This document shows positions 1-9,888 of a stretch of DNA of 64,000 bases, one piece after another. Positions within the stretch are counted from its first letter, which is position 1. Each line of letters starts with the position of its first letter. The position numbers and the translations under genes were made by a program. The notes under the pieces were generated by a model, which saw only the letters and a list, made by a program, of their open reading frames with translations, was not told the origin of the DNA and did no database searches. This DNA is from a virus. Its lineage: Duplodnaviria; Caudoviricetes. The stretch is from IMG/VR virus record IMGVR_UViG_3300033074_000233, positions 151,993-215,992 of that record. The stretch is one strand, 5' to 3'.

Positions 1-1
1 A

Positions 2-301
2 CGAAAAGTTGCTGAGGCTGAGGCTTGGACCCTTGAATACGAAGCCTGCGTTGCTAACGGAACAGTAGGCAGAAAGTTTATTAGGCGGCCAACTTCGGTA
101 GAACAAGAAAATGACTTTTACAAAAAGCGCATAGCCCAAGAACGCGAAGTGTACAGTCGGGTTCGTATCGTTGAGTTAACTCTGCCCTTGGAGAAAAAAT
201 TTGTTCTTGTCTACGGCAAGTCCCCTACGGACACAGAAGGAACTGGCCCATTTGAGTCTGTTGAAAAAGCATCTAACTGGTTCTTTCGCGGAGGAAGATA
301 A
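2..301 (+). CDS. partial hypothetical phage protein (3' end)
   Basis: Open frame from base 2 to TAA 299-301 (ends TGPFESVEKASNWFFRGGR); start lies outside the window. Confidence 0.7.
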   Translation, partial: RKVAEAEAWTLEYEACVANGTVGRKFIRRPTSVEQENDFYKKRIAQEREVYSRVRIVELTLPLEKKFVLVYGKSPTDTEGTGPFESVEKASNWFFRGGR

Positions 302-304
302 GCC

Positions 305-574
305 ATGAAACTTTGCAAGAACTGTAAGCACTGCGTACAAAGCCTAACATACGATAGTTGCCGAAAGGTACACGAGGAAATTGGAGAGGTATCCTTCGTT
401 GACGGAAAGAAAAGGTGGAAACCAGCCAGCGACGGCTGGAACTCCTTAGAATACGTCAGGAAATATTACTGCGGTGTAGAAGAAGCCAAATGGTTTGAAC
501 CTGTAGGGAGATTCTCCTTCTTTGCATCCCTTGGACAAATTCTCTTTGGTGGTGTTAGCGAGACTAAGCCATGA
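305..574 (+). CDS. hypothetical Cys-rich protein
   Basis: GGAAG RBS, CxxCxxC N-terminus, ATGA overlap with next gene. Confidence 0.6.
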   Translation: MKLCKNCKHCVQSLTYDSCRKVHEEIGEVSFVDGKKRWKPASDGWNSLEYVRKYYCGVEEAKWFEPVGRFSFFASLGQILFGGVSETKP

Positions 575-1416
575 CAACCCCGCACTGGTACGTAGATACC
601 TACATTCTGGAAGGCAAGCCTGAGGCCTTTGACAAGATTCGCAAGGCTCTTGAGAACTATCAGACGACATACACAAAGTACATTCCATTTTCCGAAAGAC
701 AAGAGGGTCTGGACTCAGTATTCAATCCGTATCAGTTGAACCTTGTGTATGGAACGCACGGATTTGTTCGCAATATGCAGAACACCTTTGGTAAAGGTTC
801 TATCAGTCCGTATATAACTGAATCCGAAATGGAGTGCACACATTACTATCCCAAGTTGCCTGCAGAGTGGCTGCTAAACGCAGGCTGCTTCTTTGTACCG
901 TTCGGAATGCTCGCTGCATCGGTTGCTACTTTTTGTGGTCATTCGGAAAAAATGTTTGTTCGTCCGAACTCTGGATTCAAGTCTTTTATTCCGACACAGA
1001 TTGATACCACGAGACAGTACAAAATTCAAGAGGGCGTCAAAGAAATAGCCGATAAGTATCAGGTAACTCCAGACACTTTATGTCTGGTTGCTTACCCTCG
1101 GGAACTTTCCTTTGAGATTAGATACGTTATCGTAGACCGTGAAGTTGTCTCCGCTTCTTACTACCGTCTTAACGGAAAACACTATTTAAAGGAATGCTTG
1201 GAAGTAGGACCTTATGAGGCCAAACGGCTAGCCGAAAGGATGGCAGCGCATGCCTGGCAACCAGATGTGGCCTATATGTGTGACATTGCACTGACATACC
1301 CTGGACTCTGTAAAATAGTAGAGTTGAACGCCTTCTGTTGTGCTGGTCTTTATGAATGCGACTACGACAAGGTTTTCAAGGCCGTTACCGAAGCCTATAT
1401 GCGGAGAGAGGCATGA
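571..1416 (+). CDS. ATP-grasp domain protein (R2K/DUF4343-like)
   Basis: Motifs FVRPNSGFKSF, EIRYVIVD and DIA...KIVELNAFCCAGLY typical of stand-alone phage ATP-grasp ligases. Confidence 0.75.
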   Translation: MTTPHWYVDTYILEGKPEAFDKIRKALENYQTTYTKYIPFSERQEGLDSVFNPYQLNLVYGTHGFVRNMQNTFGKGSISPYITESEMECTHYYPKLPAEWLLNAGCFFVPFGMLAASVATFCGHSEKMFVRPNSGFKSFIPTQIDTTRQYKIQEGVKEIADKYQVTPDTLCLVAYPRELSFEIRYVIVDREVVSASYYRLNGKHYLKECLEVGPYEAKRLAERMAAHAWQPDVAYMCDIALTYPGLCKIVELNAFCCAGLYECDYDKVFKAVTEAYMRREA

Positions 1417-1967
1417 ACTATCTGACCGATCCAGAAGGTTCCAACCACAAGGTTGATACTGACACCCACGTTTTCTTTTATGAGCAGGACTTTTACGTTC
1501 TCTCGAACTTCTCCTCGTTTGAGGTATTCTGGCCATACGTAAGGGATGACGATTACATTACTATGTGGCATAAGACCTCAGAGCATCTGTACCACTTCCT
1601 TAAGTTTTGGTTCCACATGAGTACCAAGCAACAAAAAGAAGTTGCCTTGAAGATATACCACGCAAGGTCAGCGCACGACGCCTTCAATATAGCACAGACT
1701 TACAAAGGTCTACGTCGTCCTGATTGGGACAGTGTAAAATTCGTCAACATGAAACAGATCCTAATTGAAAAGGTCAAGTGCCACGAATACGTGAGGCGTA
1801 AACTCCTTCAGACAGGTGATCGTATCCTTGTGGAAGATTCCTGGCGCGATGATGTTTGGGGCTGGGGTCCAAACAAAGACGGACAGAACATGCTTGGCAA
1901 ACTCTGGATGGAAGTACGCGAGGAAATTAGGCAGCAGGAGAGTCAGAATGGACAGCCAAAAGTTTAG
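1413..1967 (+). CDS. NADAR (YbiA-like) family N-glycosidase
   Basis: LSNF, SEHLYHFLKF, RPDWD..K, LLQTGDRILVEDSWRDDVWG.G..GQNMLGKLWMEVR; start at ATGA overlap 1413. Confidence 0.92.
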   Translation: MNYLTDPEGSNHKVDTDTHVFFYEQDFYVLSNFSSFEVFWPYVRDDDYITMWHKTSEHLYHFLKFWFHMSTKQQKEVALKIYHARSAHDAFNIAQTYKGLRRPDWDSVKFVNMKQILIEKVKCHEYVRRKLLQTGDRILVEDSWRDDVWGWGPNKDGQNMLGKLWMEVREEIRQQESQNGQPKV

Positions 1968-2223
1968 GTCATTGAGTGCTATTGCCTGGCCTGAGCCTTT
2001 CTTTATCAAAGCGTCTTACGAGATCAATTCGGACTTTTCTTTACGGCTAAGACCAAAAAGAAGAAGGTGGCTTAACAACGCGAGCCTTACCAAGAAGAAC
2101 GTCACGCGAAAGATTTGGCGCGCAGAAAGACAGGCAATGAAACAAGCACAGGTTGACCTCTGCGCTGCCGAAGACAAACGATTCCTAGATATGTTTCTTA
2201 AAGGTGATATACATGCCCATTGA
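1948..2223 (+). CDS. hypothetical basic protein
   Basis: GGAG RBS before ATG 1948. Confidence 0.5.
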   Translation: MDSQKFRSLSAIAWPEPFFIKASYEINSDFSLRLRPKRRRWLNNASLTKKNVTRKIWRAERQAMKQAQVDLCAAEDKRFLDMFLKGDIHAH

Positions 2224-2728
2224 ATGGTATTGGCCCAGACCTTCTTCGGGTCCTATTCCATGCACATGGAAATGCTATGACTCTCAAGGAAATCCTATAT
2301 ACATAAGTATCATACGAGGATAACAGTCATGTACACAGTAAAGACCCTAGGCTGTACCTGCCCACCGAGCGCGCAAACCTGTTCCTGTGTAAGACATGCA
2401 ATAATGTTGGACGGAAAAGAACTTATTGCTATGGGTCGAGAGCACGGACTCATCAATCAGATAGTAAACGCGGCCAATATGGGCTTAGAGACAATAGAGA
2501 AAGAAGTTAAGGCTCTGATTAAAGAACAAATGGAAGACGAATGAAACTTCTGTGGATATTCTTAACAGTTGTCGGGTGCTGGATAAGCAGTCACATTACG
2601 CCGTATGTCGTTGCGACGCAGGAATATCCAGCACATGTGGCTCATGCAGAAACACTGACAGTACGATCCCACGGACACAGTGAGCGTAATATACGGCGCT
2701 GGTCCAAGAAATTCAAGAGGAAAAAGTC

Positions 2729-3340
2729 ATGACCAATCTAACAAGTGAAACCAATGATGCCGACCCTACACCTGAGCCTGTCGTAGCACCACCTAACGAT
2801 TCGATCCCTGAGACGGAAGTAGAAAATGATTGGGAGAATACCTGGATTTGTACTAAGGAAAACGGAGACTGGACGCAACATGACGGAGATCGTTTTGAGA
2901 TTACCCCGTCAGGCGTAGCCCTTTTCTATCAAAAAGACCGACTTACGGGCGCCTCAAAAGATTACGAAGCCATTTTTCGCAAAGACCTCATTGATGTTGA
3001 GTGGTTATATGATAATGAAGTTGCACCTCGCCCGAAGCCTGAACCTACAAAGAAAGCCTTAGAGGTTGATATTAAACTGCCAGATATCAACAAATCATCA
3101 GTGCATCCAACAGACGCTGATGGTTTCTATTCCGTAACCGACTGTCTGCCTAAGAGATTGGCTGGCTTCTCGGGTATAGGTTATACAATGTTTGTCACGT
3201 TGAAGTATGTGGATGGAAGAACGGAAACTGGAATCTTTCTCTCGGACAAACTAGTGTTCCAGCGCAGTCGTTTTTCATGGGCTCCTAATCTTGCCTTTGC
3301 CAAGACCTTAGATGAGGTTGTTGGCTGGAAGTACAGGTGA
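2729..3340 (+). CDS. hypothetical protein
   Basis: 203-aa ORF, GAGG RBS, ATGA overlap. Confidence 0.65.
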   Translation: MTNLTSETNDADPTPEPVVAPPNDSIPETEVENDWENTWICTKENGDWTQHDGDRFEITPSGVALFYQKDRLTGASKDYEAIFRKDLIDVEWLYDNEVAPRPKPEPTKKALEVDIKLPDINKSSVHPTDADGFYSVTDCLPKRLAGFSGIGYTMFVTLKYVDGRTETGIFLSDKLVFQRSRFSWAPNLAFAKTLDEVVGWKYR

Positions 3341-3461
3341 TTTATGCCCTATGATATGTCACAACATTTAGTGGGCTGGTCCTGTGATAAAAACAACCTC
3401 AGTCGAAAGCAAGCCGAAGTGATGTATCAGAAACTTAGGGCTACGATACGTGGAAGGAAAA

Positions 3462-4016
3462 ATGAACCTGCCAAATCTAACTAAGGAACAAGGACTCTTG
3501 TGGGGCAAGTCCTTAGTCTCGGATTCCAAGATTCTGGAGCAAGTAAACGTCCGTAGACTAATGATTGAACTGGAAAAGTTTGTGTCTGAGGCCCTGTCCA
3601 AAAAGTTGTTTGTAGATTCCAAGTTGGATCAACTAGGTATCTTCCAGCGACCTAGTATGCAGGAACAACTAGCCGAGTACGAAGGCTACTTGGACTTGAC
3701 TATGCGTAAGGCCAAAGACGCAGGTTATATATCGGAGTTCACTCGCCACACAAAAGGGTTCGTGGAGTCCTTCATTCACAAGCGTGATGGCACAATCATT
3801 GTTATGTGGCACGACGGGTCCATACAGGAAATGTCCTCGTGGAAGTACAAGCCCCGACGTAAGGCACGTGTGTGGGCTAAACAAGCCAAGCGTTGCACTA
3901 TAGGTTTCGACACTACGGTCAAGCCTGTAGTTTCTGTAAATTACGTCGAACTGAATCTTGTTCTCACCAAGCAAGGCGCAGACTTTAGTCAAACCAAAGG
4001 AGTTGAACCATGTTAG
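3462..4016 (+). CDS. stand-alone tail sheath C-terminal domain-like protein
   Basis: [12 protein letters not shown]...LF and [23 protein letters not shown] match the T4 gp18-type sheath C-terminus (INVRRL...P.RSINYI.LNF.AT..GADF); only 184 aa. Confidence 0.75.
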   Translation: MNLPNLTKEQGLLWGKSLVSDSKILEQVNVRRLMIELEKFVSEALSKKLFVDSKLDQLGIFQRPSMQEQLAEYEGYLDLTMRKAKDAGYISEFTRHTKGFVESFIHKRDGTIIVMWHDGSIQEMSSWKYKPRRKARVWAKQAKRCTIGFDTTVKPVVSVNYVELNLVLTKQGADFSQTKGVEPC

Positions 4017-4213
4017 TTCTTACAAGGCGTGTAGGCGAGAAAATCCGAATCGGCGACGACGTTGTTATCACACTGCTAGGTGTTCGAGGTAATCAATACA
4101 AGGTTGGCATTGAAGCGCCAAACCACATTAAGGTTAACCGTGAGGAGATCTGGGAGCGTATACAGGAGTCCAAGCGTTTGAATGAGGAAGAAGAAAGCGA
4201 CAACGCTGCATAA
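4010..4213 (+). CDS. csrA: carbon storage regulator CsrA/RsmA homologue
   Basis: [49 protein letters not shown]. Confidence 0.95.
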   Translation: MLVLTRRVGEKIRIGDDVVITLLGVRGNQYKVGIEAPNHIKVNREEIWERIQESKRLNEEEESDNAA

Positions 4214-4239
4214 TCAATCACCTACAAAGGTAAATCAAA

Positions 4240-4566
4240 ATGAAAGCCTTAACACTGATCTTCGCTCTGGTATTCTCGGTAGCAGCAAATGCCGAGGGTG
4301 TGGTATTCAAGATAGTCTCTGACAACGGCTCCGTGTTTAACTTCCGGGATAGTACCTGTCCGAACTCAAACTTTTTTCGTGCCGTTGCTGTTGAACCGAA
4401 CGGAAAAATGCACTTGGGGTGTTACGTTGTTGATGACGAGGAAAGAGTCGTAGCCGTTGCCTGGCCAGGCGGCGTTGATGGTCTTAGGCAGTACAGTTTT
4501 GATAACGTCGAAGTAACCAAATACGGAGAACGCTACTTCGATCCTGCAACTATGGAGCGTCGATAA
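4240..4566 (+). CDS. secreted hypothetical protein
   Basis: Sec-type signal peptide ending ANA, two Cys. Confidence 0.65.
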   Translation: MKALTLIFALVFSVAANAEGVVFKIVSDNGSVFNFRDSTCPNSNFFRAVAVEPNGKMHLGCYVVDDEERVVAVAWPGGVDGLRQYSFDNVEVTKYGERYFDPATMERR

Positions 4567-5459
4567 ATGACTCCTGAGGAAGATAGATACAGAAGGTACA
4601 AGGAGTTCAATCGGGATCGCTGGTCTAGTGCGGAACTTTATGCAGGCATCTTTGTCGTAGGCCTTATTACTTGTGGTGCCCTTTGGTGGCAATACTACAA
4701 GTTCTGCGAGTGTCGCCAAGTAGGCCACGGTATCCTGTATTGCTTAGCCAGTTTGTTTTAGGGAGGTTGGCATGAACAGGAACAAACTGATTATCCAGTT
4801 GCAAAAAGAACTCAAGCAAATGAAATGGGCTGGTTGCTCAGGCGATCAAGCAATGGACGAACGCTGGGACGAAGCCATCGCTGCTGTCCAGAACCGTATC
4901 GAACAGTTACTTTCACTGGACGCATTAGATACCGTGCGCGAGACTCTGATACCTATAGGTAACATTATACCTCCGTGTACTAGCCCTGAGCACAATCCAC
5001 CAAGTCAACTGTACGTTCCTCCTGATACCAATTATACCCACACTTGTCCATCATGTGGTGCTAAATCTACTCTGGGTACACCTATAATGTTTCTTGGCAA
5101 ATCACTTGGTGGACTAGATGGCCCTTGATATAGAAAAGCCAACCTTCACGTACTTCGTCAAAGATAAACCTGAGTGGATCAAACTTGGTAAGTACGTCAA
5201 CTGGCTGTTGAAAGAGCAGATTACAGGTGCGCCCGGTGTCTCTGGTACCTTTGCCTTGAAGATGTGTCCTGGTCCTGATGGATGTTTTCTCAGTGCCGAC
5301 TTTTGGGCTTCACCTCTTGGTCAAGGTTATCAAACATCTATCACGGGTTATAAGGAACTGGACGTATGGCAGCGTTCTGTAAAGTATGCAGACGATTTAC
5401 GCAAGCAAGCAATAAAATACATAGCCAAGACTGCCAAGAAAACCAAGAGGAAAAAATGA
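4567..5459 (+). other. three small hypothetical CDSs (4567-4761 TM; 4772-5128 Zn-ribbon; 5118-5459)
   Basis: Tightly packed ORFs with RBSs or overlaps. Confidence 0.6.
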
Positions 5460-6622
5460 AACAAACTAGTGCTGTCACCACTTATGGTTCTGTGGAAATG
5501 CCCAATAGCATTAAAGACTTCCTAGATAGAGGAGGTGTTAGACGCCACACTCTATATAAAGAGCCTCACGACGAGGATGATATTCCAAACGCAAATCCAA
5601 AGAACAAAAAGATTGTTGTCCTGTATCACGATAAGTGCTGGGACGGAACAACGGCTGCTTGGTGTGCCTGGCTCAAGTTGAAACACTCTGCTGTTTATAT
5701 TCCAGTGAACTACAAGAAGCCTCTGCCTAATGTAGATTGGACGCGAGTGAAACAGGTTTACATTCTGGACTTCTCCTATAACCGTGAAGTCCTTGACGAA
5801 CTCTATGCAGTAGTCAATGGCAACCTCGTTGTCCTCGATCACCACAAGACGGCCGCGAAAGAATTGAAAGACAGGCACTACGCTTGCTTCGCAAAGAACC
5901 TTTCCGGTGCTGGCATGTCGTGGATGTATTTCCATGAGAAGTTTACGCTGCTTGGCTTGTCTCGGTGCTCTCACCAAGGCTGGGGATCGAGCAAGGCCTC
6001 AGGCACAATGCCGAAATTTGTTTACTTCGCCCAGGATTACGACTTGTGGAAGTTCAAGGATAAGGATACCAAAGCGTTCCGTGCTGCACAGGATATGTTT
6101 CCTCGCACGATAGACACAATACAGAAGATACACGACGCTCGGGTTAACGGAACGAACCCGATGAACATGGACCAATTGATTAAAAAGGGCAAGTTCATCC
6201 TCGAACAGAAAACGAAGATGGTCAATGAAGCAGCCTCTACCGCTTTCAGAATGACCTTCCCAATTCCAGGTGTGAATGAGTCTGAGACACTACTTGCAGA
6301 AGGCTATGGTGTAATCTCCTCAAATCCGAGCATTACCTCTGATCTTGGCAACGTACTTGCAAAGCGCGCAGCGAAAGAAGGTCTGGGTGGCTACTCCGTT
6401 GTGTTCAGCCTAAACGGCAAGTCTATGCAAAGTGGTGAGGTCTTTCTGTCGATTCGATCCGTTAAGCACGTTGACATTTCGGACTTCGCTCTTGCTTATG
6501 GTGGAGGCGGTCATGCACAGGCTTCTGGCTGTACCTGGAACTACGCTTTCTTCCTGCAGTTCCTGGGTCACCTGGGCATAAAGGCCCTGGACAAACAAGA
6601 TGAAAAGGTTAAGAGGAAGTAA
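5456..6622 (+). CDS. DHH/DHHA1 phosphoesterase (NrnB-like nano-RNase)
   Basis: YHDKCWDG, ILDFS, VLDHHKT, QDYDLWKF, S.RS, GGGGHAQASG. Confidence 0.92.
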   Translation: MKQTSAVTTYGSVEMPNSIKDFLDRGGVRRHTLYKEPHDEDDIPNANPKNKKIVVLYHDKCWDGTTAAWCAWLKLKHSAVYIPVNYKKPLPNVDWTRVKQVYILDFSYNREVLDELYAVVNGNLVVLDHHKTAAKELKDRHYACFAKNLSGAGMSWMYFHEKFTLLGLSRCSHQGWGSSKASGTMPKFVYFAQDYDLWKFKDKDTKAFRAAQDMFPRTIDTIQKIHDARVNGTNPMNMDQLIKKGKFILEQKTKMVNEAASTAFRMTFPIPGVNESETLLAEGYGVISSNPSITSDLGNVLAKRAAKEGLGGYSVVFSLNGKSMQSGEVFLSIRSVKHVDISDFALAYGGGGHAQASGCTWNYAFFLQFLGHLGIKALDKQDEKVKRK

Positions 6623-6956
6623 GATACTTCGCAAAGGCTTCTGCGTGTTCTGTGGCTACAACGTAGTTCACACTGACACAATAATGCCTTCAAAGGAAAG
6701 AGAAACGCAATGCCTTCATTGCGGCTATCAAGAAACGTATTCTGTAAATAAAGATGAGAAGGACACAGGTGAAGGCGAAACGACCCAACTGGAAATATAG
6801 TTTGTCTGTGTCCTTGTTCAAGATATGTGCGGTGTTACTACTGGCCTCGTTTGCAACACCCGACGATTGGTCAACTAGCCTACAGTGTGCTTTCTTGACT
6901 CTGTTTATTCCCGCTTTCGCTTTATACACCTATTACTACGACGAGGAGTCACGAAA

Positions 6957-7784
6957 ATGCAAATGACCAGTTTCGCCGAGCGCCTGATTGCGTTCAACGA
7001 TATGTACCGCCTTCCGATCAGTCTGTCGCCGACGCTGAGTTGGGCACATGCTAGTAAGCACCCTCGTGGTAACAACACCGAAATTCCCAGCAGCGTTCAG
7101 GTTCACGAAGACTGGGCTGTTCAGGTCAACAACTTCTTCAACATTCTGCGTGAGGAACTTGGCGAACTGGACGACCTCCAAGAAATGTTTGACTCGGAGT
7201 CCGAAGCGGACGAGTTCGACATTCTCACGGCCATTGCTGACTGGCTGAGCGACATTGCCGTATACTCAATGTCTGAGGCTACCAAGTACGGCGTAGCGGA
7301 CTACGTTCCGAACTTCATCTATACAGATCATGCCTCACTTGGAGTTGCCTACTCGGAACTCGACCAGATGGAAAGCGCGATCATGTCAGTAGGCGAAGGT
7401 CTGACGCAACTGGTTGACTATCACGAAACGATCCTTGTTGGTCAGCCGTCAGCAAAGAACATGGCCAAGTTCCTTACGGCTCTTATCGCACGTTGCTTCC
7501 ACGAGGCCGAGCACTTCGGCTTCAACCTGTATGACACTCTGGAAATCGTAATGGATTCCAATATGTCGAAACTGGGCGAAGACGGCAATCCGATCTATGA
7601 CGAGCGTGGCAAAGTCAAGAAAGGCCCAGGCTACTGGAAGCCTGAGCCGAAGATTCGTGAGTACATCACGTCCTTGTTTGAATTGGATGATTCCGAAGAC
7701 GAAGAACTGGAAGACGACGAGGAAGATGAAGACGAAGAAGATGACGACCTCGAAGTCGATGGTACTGAGGAGATTGAGAAATGA
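6957..7784 (+). CDS. MazG/dUTPase-like NTP pyrophosphohydrolase with acidic tail
   Basis: LREELGEL..ADWLSDI and VMDSNMSKLGEDGNPIYDERGKVKKGPGYWKPEP; Asp/Glu-rich C-terminus. Confidence 0.85.
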   Translation: MQMTSFAERLIAFNDMYRLPISLSPTLSWAHASKHPRGNNTEIPSSVQVHEDWAVQVNNFFNILREELGELDDLQEMFDSESEADEFDILTAIADWLSDIAVYSMSEATKYGVADYVPNFIYTDHASLGVAYSELDQMESAIMSVGEGLTQLVDYHETILVGQPSAKNMAKFLTALIARCFHEAEHFGFNLYDTLEIVMDSNMSKLGEDGNPIYDERGKVKKGPGYWKPEPKIREYITSLFELDDSEDEELEDDEEDEDEEDDDLEVDGTEEIEK

Positions 7785-8254
7785 AACTGCCTACTGGTCA
7801 GACAATAATGCCGCACCAGTTTAACGTAACCTTCAATGGAAATCCCGTTGAAGGTCTTACGGAATGGATTGACGATGTTTGCATCGACTACGTTGAACAG
7901 AAAATCGGCCTGTCTTTCCTGCTTGCTTATGACAAAGACCCCGATAACACACTGTCCCACCAGAAGTTAGTGGCTCTTATGTCTGTTCCAGAGACAACCA
8001 TGGAAGTGCATATCCTTACCCCGTCTAACGAGGAGGTATGTAAAGAAGTATTCCATAAATTGAAAATTGCAGAACTATACTACGGGTTGAACGCTTGCCT
8101 TGTATCCGGCGACAACTCAACTGTTCTTGACAACGAAGATGAGGAAGAACCAGACACTAGACCACGCAAAGTATCTATGTTCGACAACCAGGTGAATGTT
8201 TCTGCTTCCATCAAATTCGGAGTAACTAGCAATGGCAACGGGCAACTCTCCTGA
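7781..8254 (+). CDS. hypothetical protein, weak tail-tube-like pattern
   Basis: ATGA overlap; FNVTF...MEVHILTPSNEEV...LYYGLN is only loosely reminiscent of gp19-type tubes. Confidence 0.55.
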   Translation: MKLPTGQTIMPHQFNVTFNGNPVEGLTEWIDDVCIDYVEQKIGLSFLLAYDKDPDNTLSHQKLVALMSVPETTMEVHILTPSNEEVCKEVFHKLKIAELYYGLNACLVSGDNSTVLDNEDEEEPDTRPRKVSMFDNQVNVSASIKFGVTSNGNGQLS

Positions 8255-8819
8255 AGTATCCGGTACAGCGAACGTGCCCATGCACCTGCGTTTCAAGTGG
8301 TGGCGTGACCGTGTATCCTACAGCATCACCTCGCGTCTATCCCAGTTCTTTCTCAGACTCGCCTTTCGTTTTGGCGACCGTGAGAGCAAGCTGGTAAAAC
8401 ACGCAGAAGCCGAGATGCGCCGCGCTGGATTGTACGACGCTGACGCCGACTACGGTGGAATGCTACCACACGCGGTAATGCAACTGGTACGTATTCACTC
8501 CATGCAAGGTCACAGTGGCTTCTCACATGGCTACACTCTGGCCTTGTTCAACAAGGTAGTGAACTTCCAAGTGCTCACTCCGATCACGGATGACCCAGAA
8601 GAATGGAACGAATGCTCGATCATGATGGGTCGACCTAGCTGGCAGAACAAACGTCAGTCTTCTTGTTTCTCCGATGATGGTGGCAAGACGTATCGTGATA
8701 TTAACGAACGTCCCATACACACGGACGAAACTGGAGAAACTTATACCAAAAGTAGTGATGAGGCACCGTTGCATATATCTAAGCCACATAAGGGTAATGT
8801 GGATGGCCAGCCCGGTTGA
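8232..8819 (+). CDS. conserved phage hypothetical protein
   Basis: QGHSGFS, LTPITDDPEEW, QNKR.S..F.D motifs. Confidence 0.7.
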   Translation: MATGNSPEVSGTANVPMHLRFKWWRDRVSYSITSRLSQFFLRLAFRFGDRESKLVKHAEAEMRRAGLYDADADYGGMLPHAVMQLVRIHSMQGHSGFSHGYTLALFNKVVNFQVLTPITDDPEEWNECSIMMGRPSWQNKRQSSCFSDDGGKTYRDINERPIHTDETGETYTKSSDEAPLHISKPHKGNVDGQPG

Positions 8820-8987
8820 ACACAAACTTGAGGATGTAGAGGCTAGGTTGAAAGACCTACGTGGACACATACCTCCGAACCTTGAGTTTGCTATTCAGGA
8901 CTTGATAGCGGTAGCGCGCCATCAGCAAAACGAGATAGCCCAGTTGAAGCGCCGCGTCCCTGAGGATGACGGTCGTTAGGAATCTAT

Positions 8988-9208
8988 AACATTCACAACC
9001 ATCAGAAACCAAGTCAGCCAAGGGCTTGTCAAAACTGCGGGCAATTTTCTTGGCAGTGGATAGGTAACTGCTCGTTCTTTCCCGTAGTCCTGCAATTCGC
9101 TTGCACAATCTGGCTCTGACCCATGAGTGCGGAAATAGCGGTTGTGTTTGTTTACTGTGGACCCGCCGAGTCCCAGCGTGAGGTGTGTGGCTGACTTCAC
9201 CCCTCACG
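8988..9208 (+). ncRNA. candidate structured RNA / cis-regulatory leader upstream of denV
   Basis: Non-coding gap with multiple nested and pseudoknotted complementarities including G-U pairs; see findings. Confidence 0.5.
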
Positions 9209-9237
9209 GATAAGGCATATATTAGTGGAGGTCAAGT

Positions 9238-9675
9238 ATGACCAGAATAAACATTATAGACCCAGCCGAGTTGTACGATCAACACCTAATGGCCGAGCGC
9301 AAAGAGATACTCCAACTCTGCGGCTCCCTCAGACGTTCGCTCGCCAGTTCTCGTGGCGTAAACATTTCCCGCATTCCTTCTAAGTTCACCCTTAATCGTG
9401 GCCATGTCCTTTTCTTCTATGACAAGGGGTATTACCTTCACCAGCGTTTTCGTGCTGTGACGAAGGAAATGATTAAGCGTGGCTTCAATCCCGATCAAAG
9501 CATCCTGTTCCCAGCTACCTTGTGGCCTAGCCATCTCTATAACGACTGGTCTCCCTCTAACGAGGATGAGGCCATTATTCGTTTCCGCATCGCCCATAAA
9601 CTGGCCATGAAGCCTAACTGGTATAAAAAGACACCAGTAAAAACACACGTTATTGCGTGGGCAAGGGCTCAGTAA
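9238..9675 (+). CDS. denV: pyrimidine dimer DNA glycosylase / endonuclease V
   Basis: MTRIN..DP.EL.DQHLMAE..E, FTLN.GHVLFFYDKG.YL, K.AMKP.WY; GGAGG RBS. Confidence 0.95.
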   Translation: MTRINIIDPAELYDQHLMAERKEILQLCGSLRRSLASSRGVNISRIPSKFTLNRGHVLFFYDKGYYLHQRFRAVTKEMIKRGFNPDQSILFPATLWPSHLYNDWSPSNEDEAIIRFRIAHKLAMKPNWYKKTPVKTHVIAWARAQ

Positions 9676-9703
9676 TTAGACCTCTCAAAAACAGCGCCTT
9701 TTA

Positions 9704-9848
9704 AGCAAACTTTTGATTCTATTGACTACCTACACCAACGCTCTAAAATGGCCGTTTTTACGCGAGAAAAACGCTTGTTTTTAGTGCTTTTTTATGCTAT
9801 ACTGTAGATGCTAGAAAACGTCGAAAATACGGCTATCAAAAGTTTGCT
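9704..9848. repeat. 14-bp perfect inverted repeat flanking a promoter (cassette 1)
   Basis: AGCAAACTTTTGAT 9704-9717 and ATCAAAAGTTTGCT 9835-9848. Confidence 0.9.
9775..9803 (+). promoter_or_regulatory. sigma70-type early promoter
   Basis: TTGTTT-17 bp-TATACT with extended -10 TG; a second TTGACT-16-TAAAAT at 9722-9749. Confidence 0.75.
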
Positions 9849-9888
9849 AGATTCACAGCCCACTAGATCATACGTTAGGAGATACAAC

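Noticed and set aside
7685-7750. GAAGAC/GATGAA-type tandem-like repeats
   Set aside because: They encode an acidic protein tail; no repeat-spacer structure, so not CRISPR
9031-9090. AAACTGCGGG / CCCGTAG resembling group I intron P4 elements
   Set aside because: No recognisable P7 (R/S) elements and no interrupted gene; kept only as part of the unassigned structured RNA
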